Assembly: GCA_002633005.1 (NCBI GenBank) | Contig: NMRA01000168.1 | Location: 561,129 to 625,128, forward strand | Reading direction: 5' to 3' | DNA: 64,000 nt | Origin: Phoronis australis | Lineage: Eukaryota > Animalia > Phoronida | Part shown: one piece after another, positions 47,349-60,860 of the stretch | Layout of the letters: every line of letters begins with the position of its first letter | Numbering within the stretch: position 1 is the first letter of the stretch | Made by a program: the position numbers and the translations under genes | The notes under the pieces: model-generated | The model's input: only the letters and a program-made list of their open reading frames with translations | Databases searched by the model: none | Told to the model about the DNA's origin: nothing

Positions 47349-49570
47349 GACAACAACAACAATAATAATAATGATAATAATAATAATAATAATAACAACT
47401 TTATTTATAGATGATAAAAACATGTTAAGTGTAAAACTTATCTACCACATGGTCCTCGAAATTACAATAAATAGATAAATAAAATAAATAAATAAATAAA
47501 TAAGATGAACAATGATTTTACAGATGAAATAAATAGGTAAGTCAATTAATATACACAATTTTTGACATGCATGCAGATATACAGTTAATTAGATAATAAA
47601 TAGGTTATTAAGTTACTTCTAAATGCGCATTTAACAGTAAGTGACTTAATAGCTAATGGTAAAACATTCCAGGCAATCACTCCATCTACAAAGAAAGTAC
47701 TCCTGTACTTGGATGTTTTGTAGTTTGGTACAACTAAATTGCCAGCATTTGAGTATCGGGTATGTCTCGACTGTTTATTACGTACTAGAGATAGTTCATT
47801 AGCTAAATACTGGGAAACATCCTCATGGAGACATTTAAAAATCATGCACAGTCTGCGGAAAACATAATATTTATCAATTGGCATCCACCGAATATTTGCA
47901 AAGTCACAGATGGTGCCTCATAGTTTCCTAGAATAATTCGTACAGCCTGCTTCTGAACTTTGACAAGTTTATTAACAAAAGTAGTGAAACAACCCGATCA
48001 TACAGAGCTGCAGTAAGTGAAATGTGGCATAATACATGCATTGAAAAATTTAATTCTACCCTCGATTGGTAAAAATTGCTTAATTCGCTTCAATAATCCC
48101 AATCTTTGTCTAATTTTACCCACCATGTGAGAGACGTGGGATTCCCAAGATAAACTATTATCAATTTTAACTCCTAATAATTTCTCACTAGTGACTGCCT
48201 CAAGTCTCCCACCAGACACAAAACGATTATGTTGTATTTGGTTTCTAGCCCTTTTTTGCTTTGAAGCAAGACACATGTATTTGGTTTTCTTTATATTAAT
48301 TATCATTTTATTGTCGTTAGACAATTCTTCAACGCTGTTTAAGTCATTCTGCAGTGTATGCTCAATAGCCCCAAAACAGTTACTGGTATAATGAATAGTG
48401 GAATCATCCGCATACATATCAGTTCGAGCATTGATGTACAGTGGTAGATCATTTATGAAAATTAAAAATAGGAGAGCACCCAATATAGATCCCTGGGGCA
48501 CTCCGTGTGTTATTTCAAGTGGACTCGAAAGTTTGCCCCCCCTGAGGGATACCAATTGGGCTCTCTTATTGAAACAAGACTTGAACCATGAAAGTGCCTC
48601 CACAGATACATTATAAAGAGACAATTTCCTAATTAAAATTTCATGGTCCACTAAATCAAACGCTTTCTTAAAATCAATTAATAAAATGCCAGTCATAAGG
48701 CCTTTATCCATTTGTTTTGCCCAGTTATTGACAATGTTTAAGAGAGCAGTCTCGCAAGAATGACTTTCTCTGAAACCAGACTGAGCTGCAGTTATGAGGC
48801 CATGTTCATCTAGATACTTATAAAATAAACTGTGCACGTGTTTTTCAATAACTGTAGAGAGAATAGGCAGCATAGATATACATGTAGGCCTGTAGTTATT
48901 GACATCAGAAATGCCACCACTTTTGCGGAGTGGTGAGACTTTTGCTGTCTTCCACACAGTGGGGAACTTAGTTGTGTTAATGCTAAGATTAACACTGTAC
49001 GCAATAGAGGGAGCTATCACCTTGCAGGAGAGCTTTAATAATTTCGCACTCACTTCATAAGCTCCAGTAGCTTTACAAGTATTCACATTCCTCAGAAAAC
49101 TCTTGACAAAATCAGTTGTAATCAAGGGAATAGAAAATTCATACACATCATCATTTAATTTACTATTTACAAATCCCTTCAAATTATCAAATGAACAGTT
49201 TGCATTATCAAGTTCAGAGGTCAGCTCTGCTGCAATCCCTGTAAAAATTTATTGAATGAATCAGCCATATCACTTATCAAAGATTTGTCACTCGCCATCA
49301 TGCAACATACTAGGTGAAGGCAAAGACTCTTTAGGAGTTATCTCACGCAAATGTTTCCACAACTCCTTTGGATTATCCAAGTTTTTCATGATTATTGACT
49401 TGCAGTATACACATTTTGCTTCACGAATAATTTGAGTAACAAGATTTCTCTGCACTCTGTACTGGATGATGTTACCCTGTCTTTTTAACGTTTCACTGAG
49501 ATTCATGGCTTCAATAATAGACTCGTCCATCCATTCAGGCTGAATTTGCCGTTTAACCCGATACATGTAC
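47349..49570 (-). mobile_element. 5'-truncated CR1/L2-type LINE with disrupted reverse transcriptase
   Basis: ORF pieces 49288-49566, 47998-49182 and 47585-47884 with QSGFR, DFKKAFD, GVPQGSILG, YADD, KLLGV..D..LSW; 3' AATAAA followed by a (TAT)n tail. Confidence 0.93.
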
Positions 49571-49579
49571 CATCTTTAA

Positions 49580-49703
49580 ACGCAGCACTGAAATAAGTGG
49601 GAACGGGGTTACAACCCTCCAGCAACCTATGGCCATAGGCGGCGCAGCACTGAAGGAAGTGGGGGTATGATAGCCCCCAGAACCCTATGGTGCGCCGCCC
49701 ATG
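49580..49703 (+). repeat. Tandem pair of CATGGGCG-family mini elements
   Basis: gcagcactgaa.(t/g)aagtggg twice, ending tgcgccgcccatg. Confidence 0.6.
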
Positions 49704-52219
49704 TCAGATTAGGAATGTACGTACTTCTATGACTGGAATAAAGGCAAGGCCAAAAGTCGTCATCCGTCAGGTACAACAGTGGTCCTACTTTTATGTAGTA
49801 ATATAGTCAAAATACATGAGTATGCAGGATAGTCACTGAAAATATTTCAAGAAACTTGTAGATCTCTTAGTCAATGTCAATTGGGCGACTTTGTCTGAAG
49901 TTATTCATCTGATCAAAGCCTTTCCTTTGACTGCCGCTGTTCAAGGAGCTATTGGACTGTCGAATAGTCCGATGCGTCACACTCTGTTTGGTTATGGTCT
50001 TGACTCTTCGGTCGATCGTGTTCGGGACTCGACTGTCTCCGTTTCCTTTCCTACGGCTTCTTTCCGTGCGCGCACCCGGGGGTGGGGACTCGGGGGCTCG
50101 ACTAAAAGATGCCACCATTCGCCTCAGAGAAACAAAAACTTCGAAAAAAAGTAGAACTTGAAACGAGAGAAATGTCCACAAAAAAGGCAGAACCTCCAAA
50201 ATTTGGCGAATGCAAAATTCATAACTGTGAACGTACCCCGTGAATCTCAGTAAAAGGTCCACATTCTGAAAAATTCGAGGCCCCATGTTTTAGAGTGGGT
50301 GTGCACATGCTTTCAACCAAAGTGTCACATTTTCCCCGTGGATGGGTGACCGCAGGTGGTTACCATCCAGTACTAATACCTTCTGATTCGAGGATAGACT
50401 GAAGGATGGTTCAATTTAATCACATTACTAATCTCGCACGTAGGCTAACAAGTCTACTCAAACAAAACTGTTGACGCAATGTCTGTTCTATGAGCCAGTG
50501 CTATGAAGCCTTGACTTCTGATGAACTGTTGAGATACTGTCAGCAACTGTTGAACTCTCTAAGCTATTCATGTGAAGACATGGCTCCAAAAAATAAAACA
50601 AGTTGGTATAAGGCACAGTTGCAGTATCAAGACATTCGACACAATCAAGCACAGTTACATTTACATTGAAAAAATAACACTATAGACTACCAACGAATGA
50701 ATGGAAGTTTAAAGAAACTGAACACCGGTGCTTGGGAAGGGCTGAAAAAGAATATCCCCGATGGATTTATAATGATAAAATGTCAATACATTTCACAGAG
50801 TATCTTAAGAGTAGCATTTCTTTTGAGGATAGTTCCGAGATGTTTGTAAAAAATGTTAAACATGTCGAGCAGACAGTCGGGAGTGAGCAGAGTAGATGTC
50901 TAACGGATTAATGTACTCAAAATACCTGTACTGGCAATGATAAATCACAGATTTTAGCGAGTTTTTAGAGTTCAAGTTCAACTCAAAAACTGTTACATCT
51001 ACTGTACCTTTGGAATGAAACAAAGTACGCATTAATGCGACTGGATATTTTCTTGGGCAAAAAAGCCCGAACCCCGCAGGATGCCCCGTCATCCATGTTC
51101 CCCCGGTTGTTTGTCACAAAGCTGTGAGCATACCTAATGGAATTGCTTATAATTTTCAGTTTTGATACACGACTACTCTGGTTTCTTATTTGCATGTTTG
51201 TGTACGTGTATCTACGACAATCGTACATTGTAAATGTCCATGCAATGGTTTAATCTATTCCTAAGCGTAATTGTCAAGTTGTTAAGCTCATATTGGGAGT
51301 AATCTTATCATTATAGTTTGTTTGGAAACGAATAAATTACTTCACTAAGGCAACAATCTTAACCAAAGCAGAAACAAAACAAAAACGCTGGACTGTGGGT
51401 CTCAAGTTGCTCAACAGTGCAACCGCGCAAAATTCTGTGTTACATGTACATTCGATTGATTTGATACATGTAGGGCGCGTTTTAAGGAAAGACTAAATAA
51501 AAGATATATATGTACAGGTTGTAGGTCGGTCTCATCCTTCGAATATTTTTCATTAGGTATCGAAAAGTATGTTCAATGTTTCTATGCGTTTTAAACTCTG
51601 CTTACCGGAGTTTAATTTAAAGACTCCAAACGCTGTTGAGATTCAGAGTTGTTGCACCGTCTACTGAGACTTATGCTTAACCAAAAATAATGCAAATACG
51701 ACTAGTTTAATGAACTCAAACAGCAAGATATGATTCCCTAAGGTCTTCTTCAGATTTTTCATGTTTTGTTTAGTGGGCGCGTGCACTTTCGGAATTTCGG
51801 AAACAGTTGTGCAGTTTAAAAAGTCAGAGAACTCTACCCTTGAAATGCCAACTAATATCTCGTGCCGCTAACGTTGTTTACTTTCGCTTATTCCGGGGTT
51901 GGCTATTGCTATGGAATTTAGTGTCACTAAAACTTTTCACAAGTTGGAAGACGTTTTTACTATAATTATGTTACTAAAGTAAGTGAACTCTATAAAAGAA
52001 CAATTTTCATGGCAAAGAGACAAATGAACACCTGTTCCATAGTTACCAACATTTGAGAATGAAAAATTGGTGCAACTGGACTGAAAAGCGGGACTTCCAG
52101 AATTCCAGATAAAACACGGGACATCAGGGTTTATACGAAAACCCATAGGTGAAATGTTCGCCACAACACGCAAAAACGTTGCGGCAGCGTTTTTTGCCGC
52201 ACAACCGAATGTATATTAA

Positions 52220-53015
52220 TGGGTTGTCAATCTGTAATAACAGATTGGCAAATCGTAATAACAGATTGGCAAATCACTAAATAATTTCGTGAGGTTTGTA
52301 GATTACACATAGACTAATTCTTATCTACACAACCCAGCAAAACGTTGTGCCTTGACAGTTTCGGCTACTCACAGCAGCCATCTTTGGAAGCTATTGGACA
52401 CTAGGTGGCCTGGTGATGAGACTGTTCCAAACGTTAGATAACTTATATCTCCATCGTCCCTGTTCATGACTGAGCCACTTTTGTGACCCAAATAGGCTAT
52501 CGTAATCATGTATTAACTGGAAAGACGCCCGTCCTGTTGAGTCGGCAAAAAACTCACCATCCAGACGGATAAGAGAGTCTGTTTGTGTCAGAAAGAGCTA
52601 TGAACAGTTATAATTAATTTGGAACAGTCTCATAACCACGCCACCTAGTGTCCAATAGCTATAGATTCCGTTGATGGCTGCTGTGAGTAGCCGAAACTGT
52701 CAAAGTACAACGTTGTGCTTGGTTGTGGAAGCATGATTGGCAAATCAAAATAACAAATGGGCAAGCCGTAATTACAGATTGACAATCCGTGTAGAGATTG
52801 GCAATCCTTAATAACAGGTTAGCAATCCGTAATAACTGGTTAGCAATCCGTAATAACAAATTGCCAATCCGTACTTCGAGATTACCAATCCGTAACAACA
52901 GATTAGCAATTCGTAATTACAGATTGGCAATACGTATTGACAGATTGGCAATCCGTATTAACACACTGACCGTGTGAATACGTAATTACAGATTGGCAAT
53001 CCATATTAACAGATT
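52220..53015. repeat. About 21-bp minisatellite (CGTAATAACAGATTGGCAATC) interrupted by a TIR element
   Basis: About 2 units at 52233-52275 and about 13 units at 52735-53015. Confidence 0.85.
52328..52727. mobile_element. MITE with about 100-bp TIRs starting CACAACC
   Basis: tgacagtttcggctactcacagcagccatc and gctattggacactaggtggc are mirrored at 52620-52727; no clear TSD. Confidence 0.75.
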
Positions 53016-55681
53016 CAATTTTTTTTCGCGGCACTAATAGGCCTTCGTGGTTACATGTTGCTTCGCAACTGTATGTAGTTTTTCAAAAGTTACGTAAACA
53101 CACTTGCAAATAGGGGCTAATCTATTCATTCATCATTGCAGTACAAACTCTCAGAAACCAAATGTCTTCGTTACGTTTAATACAGTAGCATTATTTTAAC
53201 ATCCAAAAACGTCTTGTTTAAATTTCCTAGCATGTAGTTTGATAGGTTGTCGACAGGGTTTCTAAGACTCGAGCTGGAAAGACGTCAGAGGCCAAACTAT
53301 CCGGCCAGACCAATCTCGGGTTTGTTGCCCATGTTTGCCGGGAAATGGTTGGGTGTCTAGAACCCTAGTGCAATGGTCTCGCTTGATGATCATAAATGTC
53401 AAAATGTAAGTGAAGCAGTGGAATTAGGCTTGATTTGATGACTAAAACACTAGATTAAAATTCAGTGGACCAGACAGCAGGGAATTCACAGTGCAAACTC
53501 TCGAGGCTTAGATGACTCGGAGTCGCAAGCTCTAATAACAGAACACATAGGTCACGTGCGGGAGTTGGCATTCCAGGGCTATAGCTCTGAGGAAAAGTGT
53601 ATTTTGTACATCAAAGGAGGCTCTGTGTGCGCACTTTCGGAAATTTGCATTAAATTTATGAACAGATACTACCATGAAAATTATTTCATTCAAGTCGTCT
53701 TGGGCATGTTTTCTTTCTGACGACAAATAAAACTATTCGTCAAGCTACCAATTGCACGCACGGTCTTCGAAACATTTGTATGAACCACTTAATCATCTTA
53801 CCAACCGATGGGTCGTTTGCACGGACCACAGCCTGATATCAGCTATTTAAATTCTTTTTTGTAGTTCATAAGCCTGATTTTAGTTTCATTTGTTTGGGTT
53901 CACATGCACGGTGTTGTATGTCGTACTTATGATTGTCTTGTATCCTTGCACATGTAAACAAATCAAACACGGCATTGAATTACCTATCCTGTGTTAAAAT
54001 TTTGTCTATTCTGAAATTCTTTGTTTTCGCCTCTGTACTAGCCCCATTTCATTGGATGAGATTTAAAATTTACTGTCCGTACCAGAAAGGAAGGTTAAGG
54101 ATAACTCAAGCCTTATTCTCAAAATGGGCGATTTTTACAAAATTTCACATACATCTAACAAAATACCTTATCATCATTCTCGGGGAACTTCAAATACGAA
54201 ATATATACCGTTTAGCGAGAAAAATATTTAACAGAACCACCTTGGAACCGCAGAACCGCGTGAAAATTTGTTTTCGAAAATTCCCGGGCTGTCATTCAAA
54301 TTGAATCTCTCGTCAGGCACAGTGCAACTACTTATGCATCCCCAGTCCTTTCATTCACTGAGTCGCCATGTTATTAAGTCAAGGAGATTTACACATGATA
54401 GAAAGATGCCGAGAAAACGAAGTCAAAACGTAATTTTGTCTCTCTCATGTATGGGTCTGCATGCATACGCCTCTGTGATTTTGTGATCACGAATCCTCAG
54501 CTAAATCCCTTAATTTGACAGGTACATGTAATTTGAGATTTGGTTGTTTCGATATCATGCTCACGACGTGCTTTAACCACGGCTCGACTTCTGTTATCCA
54601 GTTTGTAATTTGCTTCATATTAGTCTCCCGGCGCGCGTTGTGCATCTAGCAATGATCTGTTGACATACAGTGTACTCTTAAGTAGGTCAACACTTGATCC
54701 TGCCTGTCGAACTGGAGACGGAAACAAAATAAACTACATCAAAGTTAATTATGAACAGCAAATTCCATTGACAATTCGAGTGAATGTTGAAATGGTGAAC
54801 ACCTATAGGGTATAATGACCGAAAAAAGTCCTCACCGAACAATCAACCGAAGACCTTGAGACTTTCACGTGCCCAGACCTAATCAGCATTTTCTCGGCTT
54901 CGGAAAATAGACTTAATTTGAAATTAGGAACAAGAGTTCTCAAAAACCGCTTGGTGGATTTCGCTCAAACTTTGCAAATTTAATATTTATCCACAAATCT
55001 CAAAAAGCTGTTATGATTTTCGCTATATAGGCCTAGAGTTTGTGTAACGTAACGAAGACGAATACGACTGCTATTTAAAAAAAAACATGTTTAGCAAGTT
55101 GATTTGCCATACAAACCAAACCAAGAAACTAGTCAAGAATTCCTAACAGCGCTTTTGAGGTAACTTAAAGAGGTTTCATTAAAACCAGCTGTATTTGTGT
55201 ATACTTGTATATAGATTTCTTTGTATTTATTTGTAATAAATATTCAAAAAATGAAGCTTTATTTTGCTATGAGTGTATATTTCTTAAAAACGAATTTTTA
55301 ATTAAAATGTATCGATGTAATAATAATAATGACACATAAATATAAAATATAATTTTATAATTCCTCATCATTTCTCAGAAAATTTATACTTTTACTATTT
55401 GACAAAGCGTGATTTTTGATACACGAGTTAGAATGGAGGCCACTAAATAAAGGTTTACGATAACTTTAACACCAGCATTTGTGACAAACGCAACAGGATT
55501 TTCCGTAAGTTTACTAATTATGGTAAATACACCAAAGGATGCAAGTACTTTTAAGGTGAAATACAGGCGTAGACCCCCTGAAGTAAAAGGAAGCGCGTCC
55601 TTAAAAGACCCGGATCGGGACAACGCTCCGTGTCACTTTTGGAGTATATACATGTAGAACATTCGTGGAATAGACCCTTCA

Positions 55682-55818
55682 CATGGGTGGCACAGCACTG
55701 AAATAAGTGAAGAGGGGATATAGCACCTCAACCCCTATCGGGTGCGCCGCCCATGTCCGTGTGCTGCCCAGCACTGAAATAAGTGGAAGGACTGCTGTAT
55801 AGCCAACCGCCCACTATG
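55682..55818 (+). repeat. Tandem pair of CATGGGCG-family mini elements
   Basis: cagcactgaaataagtg twice, plus tgcgccgcccatg. Confidence 0.6.
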
Positions 55819-56300
55819 TTTCACCGGTCATGCTTCAGAGTACAGAACACAAGTAAAACGGAGTTCTTTACCACATTATTTTGGAATAACAGTCCTTCGC
55901 AATAATGGACCTTCGAACTATATGCCCTCGGAGTAAGGACTATTGCTGCTCAAACGTTGTGCAATAGAGAAAGAGGCGTCTACAACTCGATATACTTTAT
56001 TACGCTCATCGTTTATCGTTGATACATATAGATTATTACATGGCGAAGTCGTTATCCCCCGTTCTCTAGAGCCCTAGTGGATTTTGGAGAATTATCGCCC
56101 GAGGGGCGTTAGCCTCAAACTGGAGATCGGTGATTTACAAATAAGAGGACATGAGAGAAATATTTCATTGAATTAAGATATCATTTTTATGGAAATTATG
56201 TGTCTTATTTTTCTTAGCGTATACGTACAGTACAATGCGGTTTGTTGAACGTGCGATTATTGCTCATTTAAGTATTCTATTTTCACTCTTGATGACGTCA

Positions 56301-56465
56301 GCCGCTGCGTGGTGTAGTGGTTAAGGTCGGCGACCAGTAAACTCAACGTCCCGGTTTCGACTCCGTCTTCGGTTTCCCGCCAAATCGATATCTCACTAGT
56401 GAGATAACTTTATGGGTTATTACACGGTTGTATCTGCCATTTGACGCCAATATTGTGGTATAAAT
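56301..56465 (+). mobile_element. tRNA-derived SINE-like element
   Basis: A box TGGTGTAGTGG, B box GGTTTCGACTCC; downstream body matches 38858-38938. Confidence 0.6.
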
Positions 56466-56828
56466 GGCATTTCATCGGTTTTCATATCCTATCGGTTATC
56501 TGAAATGTTACAAAAACAGTCTAATTTACTAAGTCTAAACTATACCATTAGCATTAAGCAACCACCACGATATCGTTACACCTTCCACGTAAAGTTTAAT
56601 TAATGTCTAACGGAAACCGCACCTGAGGAAATTCAAACTCATGAAAACATGGCGGAATAAACCACTAAAGTTCCTAGACAGAACAACTCGTTTAGACAAC
56701 TGTAGCACTCCTCAAACTAGTTCACAAAATAGAAATAGGCATACAACAAGAAATCCGTAAACATAATAACTGACTACCGAAAAGCATAATGACTGCAATG
56801 TAACAGCATGTCTAGGTCTGCACAATAA

Positions 56829-57970
56829 CAGTCGATTTCACAAAGGTGGTTTAACAAAACCATGTTTTAGACTTAAACCTGGTCTTCCTAAATCTGGTCT
56901 AATTTTAGACCGACTTGCATTTCACCACCATGGCTTAAGAGTCTGAAAGCCTGGTTTTGCTAGACCAGGGAGCTGGTTCAGTAAAACCAAAGGCACCCCA
57001 CTGTGTTGAGCTGGGTAAACCCAACAAAGAAACTATTGAAGTGCTTCAATGAAATCTTGATCATGTGGGTATACAATGGCTTACACTAGTAGAATCAGTG
57101 CAGACATTTACGAAAAACATCTAAAAGCTTTTGTCATGAGGAAAACTGTAATTTCTGTGACCAACAGACACACATTAAAGAACATGCTCCCGATTAGATG
57201 TAACATGTTACATGCCCAAATTTATTTCCTTGTCATTTTAGTGTTTATTTTCCGCGGCCAAGGTGGGGGGCGGGGGCAAGACTCCTTCCTGGCAACATTA
57301 TATCGGAGAACAGTGGAGGTGGAACTCAGTCAGAAGAATCAGAAGATGCTGTCTTTAGTCAAATCCGTAGCGCTTACGACGATGACGCCCTGCTCGACCA
57401 GTCGTATTCTGAGAAATTGTCAGGACACACTCCAGCAAGTACTGGTCTTCGCATAGGCGGATCCACGGGGGTCAAGGGGTCCGGATCCCCCCTTTTCCCT
57501 ATAATTTTCAAGTTGTTGACTTGGCCCCCCTTTCAAAAAGTCCTGGGCTGTCCCCTTCCCTTTAAAAAATCCTGGATCTGCCCCTGCTACGTTTGATCTT
57601 GTGTCAAAGTAAAACTGAATATTGAAAATAGTCCATTTTTTCTCTAAAACTGCGTTGTAAATGCTCCACGCGGCATCATTCAGTTGTACTCATATCATGC
57701 ATGTCTGGCATATTTCACAGTTAAACCTGGGTCTGACCTAGTCTAAAGTTAAACTTGGTTTAAGATCTTAATACAGGTATAAAGAATATAGACCTCGTTG
57801 GTGAAATGGAAACTGACTTAGACCAGGTCAAAAGTGGAGTTAAACCAGGTTTTACTAGACCACTGGTCTAAAAGTTAAACCACCTTTATGAAATGCCGAT
57901 TATCTTTAAACCTGGACTAAGTCCAGTTTAAACCAGGTTTAACTTTAAACCACCTTTATGAAATCGGCTG
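56829..57970. mobile_element. Non-autonomous PIF/Harbinger element
   Basis: TIR cagtcgatttcacaaaggtggttt / aaaccacctttatgaaatcggctg; TAA TSD; subterminal aaaccagg/cctggttt repeats. Confidence 0.8.
57452..57585. mobile_element. Mini hAT-like element nested in the Harbinger element
   Basis: TIR cataggcggatcca / tggatctgcccctg; near-TSD cttcg/ctacg. Confidence 0.6.
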
Positions 57971-58339
57971 TAATAGTCCAATTTACAGCAACGCTGTCAA
58001 GACACAAACTACAAATGAACAGCTATCCAAAAATCGGTATCTAACGTTGAACAATAACCAAATGTATACTTACAGCGTTAGCCTCAGTCCAGTAATCAAC
58101 ACACGATATATATGACAATCCAGGAGAGAATAAGGCAACTGGTGCTTGTTCGGACGTTTAAATACTCCGCGAAAACCTAGAAAGCTGGTTGGCCCTGACA
58201 GTATCTCAACTTACACAATCAATGGAAATTATACCACCGAAAGGGGGTTGCTTAAATCATGACTTATCCCCGAGACAACGCACTAAATTATATAACTATG
58301 CACTAGGAGATTGAGAACGCCATCTCTAGCATAATTGGG

Positions 58340-59210
58340 TGACAGACGATTGACTGTTGGTTTGTTTAAAGGTAGCTATGCTTTGAGATTGTGCGTAGAT
58401 GGAGAGTGAATAGTCAAATCCAGTAATTAATTTATTATATGATAACCCCTAATTAGACAAGTGAACCCTGTTGTTAATTAAGTAATCAAGTACAAAGAAG
58501 AGTAACTACACTAGCGCCCTCTTTAAAGATTACTTTAATCAATCAACCAAAATAATCAAATGTCTTATCTGCTATCCAAGCTAGGACTCTCCACTTGTTA
58601 GATGACTGTCCTGTTGGTGAATCTTCGAACTACAATGTACACACACTGCACAGCGACAGTGTACTTACTGGTCACCGTCTCTGGTGATCCAACACTTGCA
58701 GGCAATTTCTTCTACCTGCGATTCTTCTTACCGGTCACAGTCTCTGGATGATGACGTAACACTTCAGGTAGTATCTTACTACCCACGATGCAAATGACAA
58801 GCTCTTAGTTAACTTCCTGTTCGTTAATTACCCTTACTCTTGCCAAGATCCTTTCTAGAATGGTCCACGAGATGGCTCTGTTGTACAATTTCCTCTGTAC
58901 ACTGTAGCAAGTCTTTATGCATCAAGTGCTATAGCGCGTCTAAATATATTGTCGATTTAAGCTCACATTATAATATTCTACTTATTTAGTGATTGGTTAA
59001 TAAAAACCAGATGATCATATACAATCATATCATTGGCTGTTACAACGGTTTGTTCTCAGAATTTTTCTAGAATCTCTAGAGTGCTTTGACCCCAGAACCC
59101 AAACCTGTAAACACCATTTAAAAATAGATTTTGACGTTAAAGTACATGTCAACAAGTCTGACCCCATGGATCTATTCTTACTAATTACTTAATCAAAATT
59201 TAATCTGACA
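58340..59210 (-). mobile_element. Solo LTR, copy B
   Basis: TGACAGA...TCTGACA termini; 5-bp TSD TTGGG. Confidence 0.88.
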
Positions 59211-59624
59211 TTGGGAAACACTATATGCACTGCCTGCATTAACAAGGGCATAAAAAGTATTGCGCGTACTGTGTCTTTACTCCAAACTGAGTTGATAATC
59301 CCAAAATAAGATCTTCGGATCTTCGGAGTATCGGGCCTTCGAAGGAAAAGTTAGCGATGAGGCAGAGTCACACTGGATGGCAAGCTCCATTATGCTGATT
59401 GCGTGATATCTTGGTAAGTAATGTGGCATGCGCAGCTTGCTCGAGATATGAAGGTAACAATGACCACTACACTCTATCACAGTGCTACGAAAGGTAGCAC
59501 GGTGGCATGTTGGTTAACATGGCTTCTCATTGGTTATAGTCATAAAACTGACATCATGACATTCATTCATTCCCATTGGTTGAAATCTGGGTAACCCTCT
59601 TTGTTATACACCGTACGTAAAACG

Positions 59625-59875
59625 GCGACCTCCTTTGACTTGAATAGTTGCAATTTATTAAAACGGTAGTGATCGAAATAAACGAAATCAAGAGAAACCC
59701 GATCCAGTGGCTTAAGCCCAAACACCAGTGCATGAAGGCGTGTACAAGTGGTGACGATGTGATCGGTATACTTCCGACCTAGACACGCGCATTGATAACC
59801 ACACAGGGAATTCCATGTATTGTTCATCATGTTTCCACAGGACCACTTTTCAATATAGGTGGCGCAGGGTCAGAG
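59625..59875 (-). repeat. Dispersed repeat, copy B
   Basis: Shares gtggaaacatgatg and tttgggcttaagccact with 16767-17010. Confidence 0.75.
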
Positions 59876-60709
59876 GGTACAGTGACTACCAGGTTGATCG
59901 CTCAGGTGGTTTCAGGTGTGGAGAAAAGAAAAATATCCCTCGAAAAAGACTTTCGCCACGATTTATTCGCAGGAAAAATGTAAAATAATTATTTTATCAA
60001 TGTGATATTTAGACCAGCGTAGATTATCAGTTGGATGTTACTAAATGACTCCAGATATTCGTAATCGATATATAGAGGTTTGTCAAACTCATGACAATGG
60101 GACAAATATTGCGGACTACTGTGGGAGTCATTCAACAAGAATCAGTAAAAAGAGGATGTACATATATTTTTTCTAGCTATTGACGAGATGTATCCAGCTA
60201 TAAAATTTAAACAAGATCGGTATAAGGCCATGGAAACGCCACGTTAGACTCAATGTCTGGCAAAAATACGTACACGTATCATAAATAAATTAAATTAATT
60301 CATTCTTTCTCACGAGCCAAAACTACTGGTGGCTGGGCACATTTCTAAGTGTGCCGGCTATGTGTTCATGTTAAACTGTTATGAAAATATAAGTACATTA
60401 TATTGCACTAATACGTCTTGATACATGTACGTCACCTGTCCGTGCAATAACCCGATATGCACGTTAAAAAACGTGGAGTCCGCAAGGAAATGTGACTTAG
60501 ATGTTAAATATGTGGTATAAATACGTCTAATTGTACACGTTTTAAACTGGGCAATGTTATCAGCCTCGGTTGCTTTGTAGAACAATTTCCACGAGGCCTT
60601 CGGCAAAAAACATTACCTATGAGTAGTTTAACCCTTTGCACGCACGCAAACGCACATATGTATCAATCACCCATATAGAATGCAGTTCGTAATATTTTTG
60701 ATTTGTTAG

Positions 60710-60860
60710 GCATCAGAAGCTATTGACAGTCACTGAGGAGAATGCCAAATCATTCCTCTACGCACGGTTGAAGAAGCGCGATTTAACTCACGAATGTAGC
60801 GAATGGAAAGGGTGCAGTATGGAAGAACTAAGTGAAGTTTACAATAGTAAAGAAGAAAGG
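60710..60860 (+). CDS. Gla-like prepropeptide exon 2 (HQKLLTVTEENAKSFLYARLKKR-DLTHECSEWKGCSMEELSEVYNSKEER)
   Basis: tttgatttgttag acceptor, gtaagc donor; propeptide-like EENAxxFL...KR followed by EC-x5-CSxEExxEVY. Confidence 0.8.

Noticed and set aside
52220-53015. Possible CRISPR-like array, and ORF 52659-52898 with LRIANL repeats
   Set aside because: Units are contiguous with no unique spacers, there are no cas genes and the context is eukaryotic; the ORF is a by-product of a 21-bp period.
56301-56375. tRNA gene
   Set aside because: A and B boxes are present but I could not fold a clean cloverleaf, and the downstream body is repeated elsewhere, as expected of a SINE.
57076-57456. 126-aa ORF or possible extra exon of the peptide gene
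   Set aside because: Lies inside a Harbinger element, has no recognisable domain, and is not needed for the phase-consistent exon 1 to exon 2 join.
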